Origin: the human T2T-CHM13v2.0 reference genome, Homo sapiens
NCBI RefSeq assembly: GCF_009914755.1
Contig: NC_060941.1
DNA: 64,000 bases
Strand: one strand, 5' to 3'
Shown: positions 28,222 to 44,051 of the stretch, in pieces
How the letters are laid out: each line of letters starts with the position of its first letter
Numbering within the stretch: the stretch's first letter is position 1
The notes under the pieces: model-generated
Databases searched by the model: none
What the model saw: only the letters and a program-made list of their open reading frames with translations
What the model was told of the DNA's origin: nothing
Program-made: the position numbers and the translations under genes

Positions 28222-29874
28222 ATGAATTGATAATCTATATATTCCAGTTAAATATGAATCCCATATTATCAACTCTAATAGAGATTAAAAGGTTGCTGAT
28301 AAAATATGGTAACAGAAAAACACTCTCTCAACCATCTTTCTACTGTATAAATGCTTGGTTTTAACAAAGAAAACCAAAATAAAGCTGGTGATGCATGATG
28401 TTACATAGGATTTATTATTCTGAATATATATTGGCACAGGACTAGGAAAGATCACCTCACTAATCAGTTAAGTCATTGCATATTTTATGACATATACTTT
28501 ATCCTACTTGCTTCAAGTTTGGTTGTAAAGAAAGTGAAATGTCCTAGAGGCGTGGAGACAAAAAGCTAATTTATATCAGGGAGAGCCATCCAAATCCCAC
28601 AAACACAAATGAAAAAAGTGAGACACTCAAAGAAAATCATGTTAATTCATCTAACTAGTATTGCTTTTCTGTAGCACAATGCATGTAGAATATCACGATC
28701 CAGGTAATTTTAAATTACATTTTCTTCTTCATCCTTTCCAAATGAGACCATTTTATTTTTTGAGAAAAATGGGACAAAATCATTGTTCCATTGTGTTATT
28801 TTATTATATATTGCCTCAATTTGTTAATGTATAGAAGCTTAGTTTCACACAGCCATTGACCACCAAAATGCCACCCCACCTTGATTTAAAGATGTAGTCA
28901 TAGCAATATAAGTGACAGGCCCCAAATCCCCAAAAAAGGAACCACAGCAAGTTTTTGCTGTGTGTGTGTGTATGCATGTGTATATGTAAAAATATTATGT
29001 ATCAGTCAGGTTAAGTTGCATTTCTTATTTTGTAATGAAATGTATATGCACCTGATCATATATGTTAATATACTTATCTATTGATTAAAATGCTAGTCAG
29101 AAATTCTATATGTGGGCAGCATTTGGTTGAGCTGAGACCTCGGAATCATTTTCTCCGTACAGATGGTGTTCAAATTTTCTATCATATAGCTAATGGTTTC
29201 TGGAGTTTAGATAAGAATATGAACAGAGGTAAGAAAGGCATTAAAATTGTTTAAGAAATGTTTGTTAGTTTCAAAATGACCATTTAAATAACAATGATTA
29301 AAATAATATATTTGAAAAATTACATGTTCGTTTGGGATAGAATTAAAAAATCAAATGAGGGGTGAAGAGGAAGAGCGGAGAAAGCTAGCCACAAACTTTT
29401 ATCAGTCTGTTTGGTTTCAGATCATCCTTACAAATGCCAACAGAATGGAGAGGGATTGCTATTTCTAGAAAAAAAGAGACTCAGAAACAATCTATGGTTG
29501 ATCTTGTCTATTATCCAAGTGATATTTGATGTAGCATTTTTCTGTTTTATTGAATTCCTGATATATTATTTATGTGTTGTGGGTTTTTATTTTTAGATTT
29601 ATGGTACTATTTTAAGTCTGTTAGAATTACACATACTTTTTAACACGTGTTATTTCTGATGTAAATCAGTTATTTCTGATGTAAAGCGTTAAGTTCCAAA
29701 CATTGCCTTCTACAATTTGTCTTTCTCACTTCCAATAAATTATTCTAAAACTACCTACTCTTAGACATAATTTCATGATAAGTATGGAATTCAGAGATTT
29801 TTTTTCCTCCATTTTTTTTCTATAAAGAAATTCAAGACCAAAGAATCTTAATGACACATGGTAAGTTAGTGCCT

Positions 29875-29977
29875 TCTTTAGGGAAGGGGTATCTGTTTTC
29901 TCCATCATCAAATCTCCAGTACCCAGCAAATTACATAGAACATGGTAAGTACCCAAAAACTATTTGATTAGATGAGT
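29875..29977 (+). mobile_element. L2 3' end fragment
   Basis: ATCTCCAGTACCCAGCA...ACATGGTAAGTACCCAAAAACTATTTG. Confidence 0.55.
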
Positions 29978-32597
29978 AAAAATAGGAAGTGCAAGAGTTT
30001 GAAACATTTCTACAGCTCAAAAATTACCCATAAAAATTTACTTTTTGTTCTAAGATAAAATCCACATTGAAAATTTTTTTGTTCTAAGATAAAATCCACA
30101 TTGAAAATTAGTTCTTCCGGGAGTTGTAGCCTCTCTCACCAGATTCCAAACAGTAACCAACACAAATAATACGAAGGTTTAAAAGCTTTTTGGCCAGTCG
30201 GTTTCTTTGGTCTGTTTGACCAAACCCCATAATTACGTGAGTACATGGTATAGATTTCCCAACACATTCCAATCTCAGATATCTCCCTTATTGTTCCCAG
30301 AAATACACATATGGTTTCCAAACTATGTAAATGCATTTTTTCCAGAAAATATGAATACTGTCAAAAAAATTTTCCATGGCAGAATATAATCTAAAGTAAA
30401 CTTTCAAAGCTGTGCTGTATTTCATGGAAATTGGGATAATTCTTGGAAAATGTGATAACACTAAGCAATAATAATTAAAGTAGCAATGTAGTAAAGGTAA
30501 TTAATGAGAGTGAAGTTTCATATAAGAGACAAACTTTAAATATAATTATTATAAAAGAGAGAGACAACGAATTCTATTTGAGAAGAGAAACTTTAGATGT
30601 ACATAAAGATGGATTAACAATTTTTCTGTAGAAGTGAGAAATAATATTAGCAAATTTACCCCATGTAATAGAGACCTGACTGAAGATGCTCCTAGAATAC
30701 AGTCTAGTGAGCATAGTTCTCACCTAGAAAAAGTTCTCACCTAGAAAATATTCATGGGATGAATAAAATAAGTAAGTGGAGTTTTCCGAACTCCAAAACT
30801 ATTTTAATCATTTTCACTACCAGTAAATGTACACAATTATATCCTTTAAAAAAATAAAACTGTTTGTTAGATCCTGTCCAATTCTGTTTCAGAGATGGAG
30901 TTCTATTAAGCTGCTTTATGTCAGGGAGTTTTTATAATGTTGAACCAAGTCACAAAAAAGTTAAAATTTATTTTACCATCAGGTTACTTTTCACTGATGG
31001 TGGTCATGGTTTCATTGGTGGTGATGGTATTGTTTTTAGTCAATTTTATATGTAGTTGGTTTTATAAATATGACTAAAAAACTCTCTGAATTTGGTTGGA
31101 CTTATCATTCCATCAGCATTTGTTTGTCTACATGAAAATTAGCGTGTTTCTAAGAGTCAGAATTAACAAATATATATCCCTCAATAAATCTATTTTTTTC
31201 AGGTTTATCAGTTTGCAACAAGGAAATACTGGTAGCCAGGACCACCAAATATATTTCTTAATAGGCAAGAATTTATACTTTATTATTCATTTAAATGCAA
31301 ACGTTGGAATTAACTTTGGCTCTAATTTCTTTAAGGGTTAAGCAACTTATGAACATTTTTTGCAGATGTATTTCCTTCTATAAAGTTACCTCTTCCTGTG
31401 TAGTTTAATAAGTACAGAGTCAGCATAAACAGTATTCCAAAGAAACTTGTCAAAGAACATTTCATAAAATACAACTTTTTCATAAATAACAGCCAGCCAC
31501 ACACAAAAATGATTCCCATATTAGTGACGGATTTAGAAACTAAAAACTGCAAAAATTAAAAATAACCATTTTAGAATTTTTCTTTTCAGACAGGAAGATA
31601 TATTTTGTCACCTCTTGTTTGAATCAACCCCCAACTCCCCCTGATAAAAAGGGGGAAAAAACCATAATTCAGAGACGTGCAAATATTTAATATTACTTGT
31701 GCTACAAGAGTCTTATACCTACGATATTTAAAATTCTTAAACAAAAATTCTTAAACAAAAATAATACCCAACTATCACCATTGACATCTTAGAGTTTGTT
31801 TTCATTAGAGGGGGTCACAAGTCACTTACCCCTAAAAGAAAACTCCATGAGAGGGTAACCTGTTTTCTGGAAACCTTAGAATTCTTAGTTTAAAATTCTA
31901 TGTGCTTCTTATTCAATAACATACTATATTTACTTAAGAAGGAGTTATTCCTGGATAATGTTCACATCCACATTTTTAGGTTGAATAAAAACAAGAGCCA
32001 AATAAACTTGACAATTAGGTGAACAAAGTTTCTGGTTTAAAAATGGCCTCTGTCTGGAAGCCTTGGACAAAGCCTCTCCCGAACTCTCACTAAAAGAACT
32101 ATGTAAGGGCAGAAAAGATGTAAATTTATGACCCCATATACTAAGATTGACAGACAACCCAAGGCCTGAATCTGGAAGGAATTTTCAATAATTGGAAGTC
32201 AGACAGGGCTGAGTGTATTAACCAATTGGTGCCCTGTGTGCATGCCATCCTGTGACATAGAACAACCTTGACAGAATGAGAGATGATAGAAGGCCACCAA
32301 ACCTGATCCACATTCCCCTAGCAGAGAAGCAGGACCTGCTTCTGATCAAGGATCTCTGTAGGTGATGCTCTTCCCCCTTTCCCCTCTTTGATGCCTTCAT
32401 CCTGTATGTTCTAGTATCTGAAAGTCCCAAAGCAATCTGCATAAGAGAGAACTAGGGCAAGAGAGACCTGCAGTCGAGGTGAAATGCTGTAGCCTTGACT
32501 GTGTAGACCCAATAACAAAACTCCCAAGAAGACACAGCCCAAGGTGAATGGGAATTGATCATAAAAAGATGCTGGGACCTCTGCACAGTATCCAGCT

Positions 32598-33101
32598 CGG
32601 CAGTCCCCAGCCTTTTTGGCACCAGGGACCAATTTCATGGGAGACAATTTCTGCACGAACCAGGGATGGGGGATGGTTTCGTGATGATTCCAGTGCATTA
32701 CATTTATTATGCACTTTTTACTTCTATAATTGTTACATTGTACTACAGAATGAAATAATTATACAACTCACCATAATGTAGAATCTTTTCCTACAACTAG
32801 ACGGTCCCATCTATGGGTGATGGGAGACAGTGACAGATCATCAGGCGTTAGAGTCTCATGAGGAACGCACAACCTAGATCCCTCACCTGCGCAGTTCACA
32901 GTGGGGTTTGTGCTCCTGTGAGAATCTAATGTGGCTGCTGATCTGACAGGAGGCAGAGCTCAGGCAGTAATGTGACCGATAGGGAGGGCTGTAAATACAG
33001 ATTAAGCTTCGCTCGCTCACCCACCACTCACCTCCTGCTGTCCAGCCTGGTTCCCAAAACAGACTGGTACCAGTCTGTGGCCCTGGGGTTTGGGACCCCT
33101 G
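32598..33101 (+). mobile_element. MER1A hAT-Charlie DNA transposon, near full length
   Basis: Termini CGGCAGTCCCCAGCC and GGTTTGGGACCCCTG; internal CTTTTTGGCACCAGGGAC and GATCATCAGGCGTTAGAGTCTCAT; degenerate 8-bp TSD ATCCAGCT / ATCTAGTT. Confidence 0.92.
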
Positions 33102-33249
33102 ATCTAGTTCTTCAGCTGCAGATCTATCTGAAAAGTTTGCTCAGTAAAAAAAAAAATGGCAAGCCAAAGGCCAATCTGCTCAATGAAAACATTGAGTCTG
33201 GAAATATTATTGTTCATTTAAAGATTGATATAATAATAATGACAATAAT

Positions 33250-33470
33250 CATAATAATAGTTACTGAAAATTACTATGTGACAGGTACTATTTTTGGTGC
33301 ATATAGTTAATTGTTTTACCTTCATAAAACATGATGAGGTGGTTATGCTTATTCCCATCTTACTGATGAGGAGACTGAGACAAAGAGAATTTAAGTCAAA
33401 GTAATTTGCTGAAAGTGACACAGGTAGTAAGTGATGAAGGTATGATTTGAACACAGGCAGTATAATTCTA
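33250..33470 (-). mobile_element. MIR
   Basis: ATTCCCATCTTACTGATGAGGAGACTGAGACA...GATTTGAACACAGGCAGT. Confidence 0.75.
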
Positions 33471-33486
33471 ATTAAACTCTACTCTT

Positions 33487-33785
33487 GGCTGAGAGCAGTG
33501 GCTCACGGCTGTAATCCCCGCACTTTGGGGGGCCAAGGTGGGCGAATCACGAGGTCAGGAGTTCGAGACCAGCCTGGCCAACATGGTGAAACCCCCGTCT
33601 CTACTAAAAGTACAAAAAATTAGCTGGGCGTGGTGGCGGGCGCCTGTAATCCTGGCTACTCAGGAGGTCGAGTCAGGAGAATTGCTTGAACCTGGGAGGC
33701 AGAGGTTGCAGTGAGCCGAGATTGCGTCACTGTACTCCAGCCTGGGCAACAGTGACAGACTCTGTCTCAAAATAAATAAATAAAT
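33487..33785 (+). mobile_element. AluSg-like, full length
   Basis: ATCACGAGGTCAGGAGTTCGAGACCAGCCTGGCC; (AAAT)n tail; TSD TACTCTT. Confidence 0.95.
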
Positions 33786-33870
33786 ACTCTTAACCAATAT
33801 TATAAATGAACAAAAAAAACTATAAAGAAGTAATAAAGACAAAGTGTAAATATTGTGGGATAAAATAAAA

Positions 33871-33986
33871 GAAACATCATCCTGAAGATATTAGCCGGTG
33901 TACGTATCTTAAAAAGATTATAAAAAAGGAAACATCATCCTGAAGATATTAACAGGTGTACATATCTTAAAAAGATTATAAAAAAG
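33871..33986. repeat. 58-bp tandem duplication (2 copies, 3 mismatches)
   Basis: GAAACATCATCCTGAAGATATTA...AAAAAGATTATAAAAAAG starting at 33871 and 33929. Confidence 0.95.
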
Positions 33987-34120
33987 AAAAATAACTGGAA
34001 AACTTTTAGCTTCCTGAAGAGAATCCAAGAAGACATGGCCACTGTGAAAGAAGAGAAAACTTAAAAAGAGAGAATAGCTTGGGGTTTAATGATAAGTGGA
34101 TGAGGTAAATAAAGATGCAA

Positions 34121-34761
34121 GTGGTATAGATTATTGCATTGGTGACACAAGTTAATGACCTCCCTCTAGCCACAACACCCTTGGAGATGTCACTTTGCAG
34201 CCCCTCCCAGGAAGAAGTGGAATCTATTTCTCCAACCTGGAATTAGAGCTGGCCTGGAGATGATACACTTTGACCAATGAAATGCTCGAATTAGAGCCGG
34301 CCTGGAGATATGCTTTGGCCAGTGAAATGCTCGAATTAGAGCCGGCCTGGAGATATGCTTTGGCCAATGAAATGCTCTGAAACATTATCACGCCAATTCT
34401 GAAACTAGGCCTCAAGAAGCTGTGCTTCGTTTTACTCTCTCTCTCTCTCTCTCTGTCCGTCTTTCCCTAAGACTCCTTCTGCCATGAGTATAAACTCAGG
34501 TAGTCTGCTGGAGAATGAGGGGCCACATGAGTAGAAAATGAGTGGATCTACTGTGAGGGTATCCTAGACCCGCAAGCCCCCATTCAGCTGGCCAACTTGC
34601 AGCGGCTTCATGAATGAGCCCAGGCAAGATCGGCCAAGCCTGGCCCAGAACAGCAAAACTGCCCTGGCTGACCCATGGGCACATGAAAAGTAAACACTTG
34701 TGGTTTTATGCTTTGTGTTTTGGAGTTGTTCATTACTCAGCAATAAGATGGTAATGAAACA
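34121..34761 (+). mobile_element. MLT1 (H-like) solo LTR containing a minisatellite
   Basis: ACTTTGCAGCCCCTCCCA...GTGGAATCTATTTCTCCA...CTAGGCCTCAAGA...TGAGCCCAGGCAAGATC...TTTTGGAGTTG...GAAACA. Confidence 0.8.
34240..34377. repeat. 45-bp minisatellite, 3 copies
   Basis: GAATTAGAGCCGGCCTGGAGATATGCTTTGGCCA(A/G)TGAAATGCTC at 34288 and 34333 (1 mismatch), plus a diverged 48-bp copy at 34240. Confidence 0.97.
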
Positions 34762-35736
34762 TGTAGCTGGAAAGAGAAAAGGCGATATGCACCAGAAATA
34801 TCAGTTATTTCCTCCATCAATTATATTTTTTTGTACTCTATGTTACCTTTAGAAAAAAATCTGCCCAAAGTTCTTCATCTGACCATCTGCCTCCCCACTG
34901 AAGGGACATCAGGTCATGTGGCCCTACCTCCCCATAGCCACAGCTATGGGGACCAAGAGTAGAAATCTGGTTCCAGCTGGAACCATCAGAATTTCATTTA
35001 TGAGAATTTAAAATTAGCTCGCAAAGGCTCTAATCAGCATTTGAGAGAAGCGAAGGCTCTTTTGAGGAGATTAAAAAAAAAAAAAAACAATGAACAAAAT
35101 GAAGCAGAGAAGAGAGTATATAAGGCCCCAGAAACAGAAATAGAGAAAATTGATTCTTTGTGCCACAGGTTACTTCCTGGGGGGCCCATGAGATACCTGC
35201 GTCCACATTGTTTTCTTTTTCCTATCGTAGTAGAATATGTTTCCATTTTGCATGCCTCGGAGGGTCACCTGCTCATTCTTCAAGACAAGACAACTCAATA
35301 GGATAGAATGGCCATGTTTTCATTTACTGAAACCAAATTTTAACAAGGATGTAGAAATACTATAATAATATACAAAGGATTTTTAGCTTTTCTAACCTCT
35401 ATTATCATAGCTCCTTTAGTTACTTTCTTTTTAGGAAAGGCAAGAAGAAAAGGTAGATTTTCATGAGAAAATTTCAAAATTAGATCTTTCCTCCTCAATT
35501 GTTTTAAATGTCAAATGTTTACACATGGAGAGTAAAATGGAGAACGGATGCCCTTCTCTAGAAAAATCAGGCTTCCAGTATTAATTAGGAAATAATGTGA
35601 ATTCCACTTCCATTTTAATTTCCATACAGTGGTTTCTGCTGTGAAGATCCTAACTCTCTTTCTTCCAGGGTGCTGGACTGTTCTTCCCATCAGATAAAGA
35701 TGTCCACAGCAGGAACCACTAGATGGAGATGGAGAT

Positions 35737-35748
35737 GAAAATGAAACT
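35737..35748 (+). promoter_or_regulatory. ISRE/IRF-type motif match (function unverified)
   Basis: GAAAATGAAACT fits GAAANNGAAA(C/G)T; motif match only. Confidence 0.25.
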
Positions 35749-35832
35749 CACGTTATTTCCCGGTATTCTCTGCCTGAATATTCTCTGCAGTGGTGCAAAG
35801 TGTTAAATAAAGAGATCTTGGAGCCATTCCTC

Positions 35833-35835
<3 letters not shown>

Positions 35836-35874
<39 letters not shown>

Positions 35875-35890
35875 GCACGCGCACACATGC
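35836..35890. repeat. (TG)17 microsatellite extended by perfectly alternating purine/pyrimidine sequence (Z-DNA-prone)
   Basis: (TG)n then CGTGTGCACGCGCACACATGC. Confidence 0.95.
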
Positions 35891-35894
35891 TTTA

Positions 35895-36006
35895 TACAGA
35901 GAAAATGCAGTGCAGTATTGAAGAGCCTTAGGATTCAAATCAAAATCCAAAGTAACTACAGAGAAAACGCAGTGTTGAAGAGATTTAGTATTCAAATCAA
36001 AATCCA
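35895..36006. repeat. ~62-bp-period tandem duplication
   Basis: TACAGAGAAAA(T/C)GCAGT...TTGAAGAG..TTAG.ATTCAAATCAAAATCCA starting at 35895 and 35957. Confidence 0.9.
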
Positions 36007-37419
36007 CTGGAGGATTGTGTAAGTCTCTACTTCACTTCGTCTTAAATTCCAAGTCCGAAGTGGATTTCCTAAAAGGGTTGTCAGTTTGCAATATTTTCTT
36101 TTCTGTGCCTTTTGAAAAATGATACATGTGACTTTCCTGAATCTGAGTGAGCATAACAGCAGATGCAAAGAGATTGAGATGGTGCTACAAAGCTGCCAGA
36201 AAGATTTTTTCTTTTCTTTAACAAAAAAGAGAAAGGGGACCAAAAAAAAAAAAAAAAGAAATAATGCCCCCTTGACAGTTTACATTCCTTCTTCTTTCCT
36301 CCTTTGTTATTTATGTTCACTGACTTGTCCCTGGCCTCCACACTGATCACCTGTTCTCTTTTCCATTCCTATTCAGAAGCAGAAGCTGCCAGTGCTGGTC
36401 CCAGAAGTAACAACCCAGATCCTGAAGGCATCTTTCCTGGAAGTTTTCCTAAAAGATGATCCAAACACCTAACTAACTATACTGATTTACAACAGCACCA
36501 ACAACATCAACAACAAACCTAAGGCCCAGAGGTCAGAACTATTACAAATATAATGTCGTATCCATAAATTCCTAAATCTTAATGCCTCATGCTGCACTTA
36601 TATAATCGGGGGTGGGGGGAAAGGTGGAAAATGATGAAGAGGAAAAACAGTACACAGATATTCAACTCTGAGTTTTCTGGGTTAAGGATGAGAAATAAAC
36701 ATTAATTGAAAACTATGTGTGCCATGATAAGGGTTTATAATTTTGACATATGGAGGAGGCAAAAGTAGGTAGAGTGAGTTGGAAAACTGAGACCAAAATG
36801 GACATTATACTGAAGTACTATATTTCGCTGTCTGACATTTGCAGGTGCTTAGTAAATATTTATTTTTTCTGGTCAACTGCTTTCCTCATATTCTTCCTTT
36901 ATAATATTCTCTAGGGAAAGTAGGGCGAACTCAGACTGAGCATAGATAAGCCCACATTTATAGCCTACTTCTTAATGTTTCTAAATCTCATATCCGTGGG
37001 TTTAATCATAATATATATTTTATGAAGTTGTTGAATAAAGCTAATGCATGAAAAGAAATTGGCACATAAAAAGCAATGAGGAAAGGCTGCTGTTTCTTAG
37101 TAGGAGGAGGAGGAGGAACAAGAGGAATGATAGTAGTAGATGGGCTCAGATGAAAATTTCTTAGAGCAGCAGAGTGTTAACAACACTTGCAGATTTGGGC
37201 AAAAACAGTCACAGTGAAATGATGGAAAGGATTCAAGAATAAGAAGTGAATTTGTGCTAGATATCACCTTATTACCTTCACTGTCCTAAAACTCTATAAT
37301 CCTACATATGTGAATGATATGTTGAAGTCAATCAATCAGGAAATTATTTTCATTTTCAAAATTAATCAGGGCCAATTGTGTCACTGATCTAGAATCTCAC
37401 AGTTAATTTTAAAAAGTAA

Positions 37420-39104
<1,685 letters not shown>

Positions 39105-39154
39105 GTATTCATAATTTCATACACTTTCAGAGGCGCTTTGAAGGAGAAAGGTAG

Positions 39155-41306
39155 AGTGACAGATTGTTATACTCATGACCTCTAAGAAATCCCATCTTCA
39201 TGTACCCAGAACCTTTGTAATGTGACATAGTATCTGGGTTGTATTTTATCATCCCCTTCACTGGCTTTGTGACTTGCTTTACCCCTTATAATGTGGCAGA
39301 AGTCTTGTGTGAATCTCAACAGATTTTGCAGGTTTGTCCCTTATTGTTTTAAAACCCTGAAACCACCATAAGGTGAAATTTAAGCCAAGCCTAATAGAGA
39401 ATGGAAGGTTAACTATAGGAAAACCAAGGAGCTCCTGCTCATAGCCAAATGAAATAGCAAAAACTTTGATTGATACCATGTCAGAACCTCCAGCTTGAGT
39501 GTAGTCATCAAAAGACTGCAGCCACATGAGTGATCTCAGGAAGAACCAGCAGAAGAACTTCCCACACTGCTAAGGTACAGAATCATGAGAAATAAAAAAT
39601 CAGTATTGTTTTAAGCCACTCAGTTTTGAGGTGATCTCTTATGCAGCAAAAGGTAACTGAAACAGAAATTAATACCTGGAAGTGGGTTGTTGCCTTTAAA
39701 AAACCTAAACCATTTGGCATTATCTTTTAGCTCAGGTGGCAAGTGGAGAGTGGAAGAGAAGCAGGGAGACTTCTACTGGAGGCAAGAAAAGCAGTGAGGA
39801 AATTATTATCTTAGGCTGCAGGAAAGGCAACCTGTGTCCTACACCAGCAGAATAATTCACATAGTTTTATCCTACATTAAAGCAGAAGATAGAAAATACA
39901 CCTAATGAACTTGTAAATCTTACCAAGGAGAATATCAGGCTAAATGAAGTGTCAGTTGGCTCCTTTAATATTAAAAAAAAAAAAAAAAAAAAAAGCTCTA
40001 AAAAAGAAGTTCGGTTTATATGTGTAATTTAGAAGAAATAGAGAAATCCCAGGGTATTCTCTCCAGCCAGTAAAATACTGTCAATTAAGAAATGCCTAAG
40101 AAAAGATTGGCTCAAGGGTATGTCCATAATACCAATTGTGAAAATCTCAGACAGGTTTAAGGTGGGGCTCACTAGAACCTCTCAGGTAGAAAAAGGGGCT
40201 TCTATTTCAAGGCTATTTCCCAACAGCTCCCAAATGTAAAATGGCATGCTTTAGGATGAATTTGGCATGGCTTTATGTAATGGAGTGGTACATAATTTCA
40301 TACATAGGAAACCCACCAAGTTTAAGCGTGCTGTATTGTTTTAGACTTAAGTGTAGTTCAAAATGAGAAGAGGCGTCTGGGCTGTCAACTTTCTATGGAA
40401 AGGAAGCAGGCTGAGAGGACAGAGCCAAGAATAAAGAAGAAGAATAGATTAGAGAATCGATTCCAGGGAGAATAATTCAGCCTTAATCAAAAACTATTCC
40501 CTGACTTCGGAAAAGGAGAATTGTTATCAACCATATCAACTTGACAGTGTTTACTATGCACCTCCTGGTTCTGTTTTCAGAGTGGGATTGTCTATTGCAG
40601 TTACTTGTCTCCATCTCACTGTTGTAGGTTGAGTGTGTGGGGCGTGTAATCCACATCTGGACCTGATTTAGGTGATGAGATCCCAGACTCAGAGCCTGAA
40701 TCTGGTGTGGATTAGATGATATTTGAAGGGGTCTTGAGAAGCAGGAGTGAGTGCATTTTACATGTGAGAGAGTACGACTCCTTGAGGCCAGAGATGGCAC
40801 TGCTGTAGATAATCATCAAAATGATCCTCAGTAAACCACAGCTCACTGTTTTTATACCCCTTCATTAATTTCCTATGATGAGGTGGAGTCTATTTTACTG
40901 ACTCCTTGAATCTAAACTGGTCTTGTGACTTGTTTTAATAAATAAATGTGGTAGAAGTAAGGTTATAAGAGTTCTAGAGTCCAGGATTTAGCTGATGGAA
41001 CCCTGAGATCACAAGACTGTGAAGAATCCCAGTCCAGTCTATTGGAAGATGAGAGGTCACATAGAGAACAACCAGAGACCCACAATGGTAGCAAGTACAA
41101 TCGGACAGCTGATTGAGACCATCTTGGACACTGGAGTGCCAGCATAGCTGTCACATGACCGCAGCATCATGAGCAACCTCAAAGGATGCCAACAAAAGAT
41201 CGTCTAGATTGTCAACAAATGGAATAATCAAAAATTATAAAGTGCTGTTGCTATAATCCACTAAATTTTGGGAAGATTTACTATGCAGCAAAAGATTTAT
41301 GAAATG
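39155..41306 (+). mobile_element. Full-length ancient MLT1 (G/H-like) MaLR: 5' LTR ~39155-39664, internal 39665-40800, 3' LTR ~40801-41306
   Basis: Two colinear diverged LTRs ending TATGCAGCAAAAGGTAACTGAAACA and TATGCAGCAAAAGATTTATGAAAT; the internal part starts GAAATTAATACCTGGAAGTGGG and ends GAGGCCAGAGATGGCAC. Confidence 0.8.
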
Positions 41307-42224
41307 GGTGGGTTACATGCTGTATTGGCTGCTGGGAAACTAGGTAAACTCAGCATATAGCAGATGCATAAAAAATCAGCAAGTTCACACATTTTAGTTT
41401 CAAACAATGCCCATGATATCCTTGTACCCCTTAGGTGTTTAACTAGAAACACATTTAATTTTTCAAGTCATAGTTCTTTAAATTTTGGGGGTTGAATATT
41501 AACCTGCAGCTCCTCCTCCTCTATACCTCTCTCTCTTCCTTTTTTTGAAAATGTACATAACCACGTACAATATTCTCTGCTGAGGGAGAGAAGGAAGCAA
41601 GGCAAGATCTTAAGTCAAATTCATATGATGTGTCATTGACTATTTGAAGACTTGGGAAAAATAAAATATATTTATGAAGGGATACTATTGATACAATTCT
41701 AAGCAGATATCTAATATTTAAAGAAATATGTTTCAGGGACTTCACAGATACTATATTAACTGATCAGATGTAAATATTATACTTCTGACTTTAATCAAGG
41801 TCCAGAATAAAATAAAATTTATACTCTCATCATTTCTCTTTCTGTAGAACACACAGCCTGAGAAATTATGTTTTATTAAAATGTGACATTTGGTTGAATA
41901 TTCTTTAATATTCCTAATTTTAAAAATTCTATGTTCTTAATAATGAGTCAAACAAAATAAGGTACTATCAAGATGCTTTTCTAATAGCCTTTGTTTTCAC
42001 TGTAATCTGTTTTATTAACTTCCCATTTCCATAAGCATTTGCTATGAAAAATATTAGCAAGTAAAAGCAATACCATAAAGAAATACAATTTATTTGCTGA
42101 GAAAGATTAAAAGGCATGGTAAAGATGTACAGTATTCCTTGGGGGAACTGTTTTATTTAATAAGGACTCATTCTAATTAGCAAAAATCAATACTAGAAAA
42201 TAAAAGATGTAATTCATAGACTGA

Positions 42225-42840
<616 letters not shown>

Positions 42841-42844
42841 CTTA

Positions 42845-43522
<678 letters not shown>

Positions 43523-44051
43523 TCCCACTCCCCCAGACATCCTCCATTTAGTATGAGGATGGAGATTATTCCAGTATCTTGTGTATAGAAAGATGTAGAG
43601 GAATCCAGTTCTGCCAGGCCATTTCCAATGAATAACAGGCAAAACTTCACATCATGTGGTCAAGAGATTGTTCCTCAAATATAGTGAGCACCAACATTTT
43701 AAGCATGGGTTGGACAACCATTTGATAAGACGTGGGAAGGAGGAGGCGGATGATTACCCTAGGTTTTTTTCATGTTCCTTCAATCTGAAGAGTCTATATT
43801 AAAATAAATTTAATTGATTGAAAGCATACATTATGGTATAAACTTCACTTTATGCACCAAAGATACTAATCAATTTTGTAATAGTGTTCGGCACAGGTAG
43901 GTAAAAGTATTTTTAGGGACAACTGGATGAAGCCTGCAGTGATTCTGCCATGAAATATATGCAAAATATGCCCCATAGAACAAAACTTTTTTATGGTTAT
44001 CCTGAAAAATGTATAAGTGAGCCCTAGTAGACTATTATTAAAAAGCAATTG

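Noticed and set aside
31824-31843. Minus-strand TTTTCTTTTAG-GG-GTAAGT, resembling a recursive splice site or microexon
   Set aside because: Two bases separate the AG and GT, so it is neither a zero-length AG|GT site nor a frame-preserving microexon; no other support.
34240-34377. Possible CRISPR-like array
   Set aside because: Head-to-tail units with no unique spacers, inside a mammalian LTR, and no cas genes.
34968-34985. Perfect 18-bp palindrome TGGTTCCAGCTGGAACCA (and 14-bp AAATTGGCCAATTT at 28027-28040)
   Set aside because: Isolated, the first probably inside a decayed LTR; one or two such palindromes in 64 kb are not far from chance.
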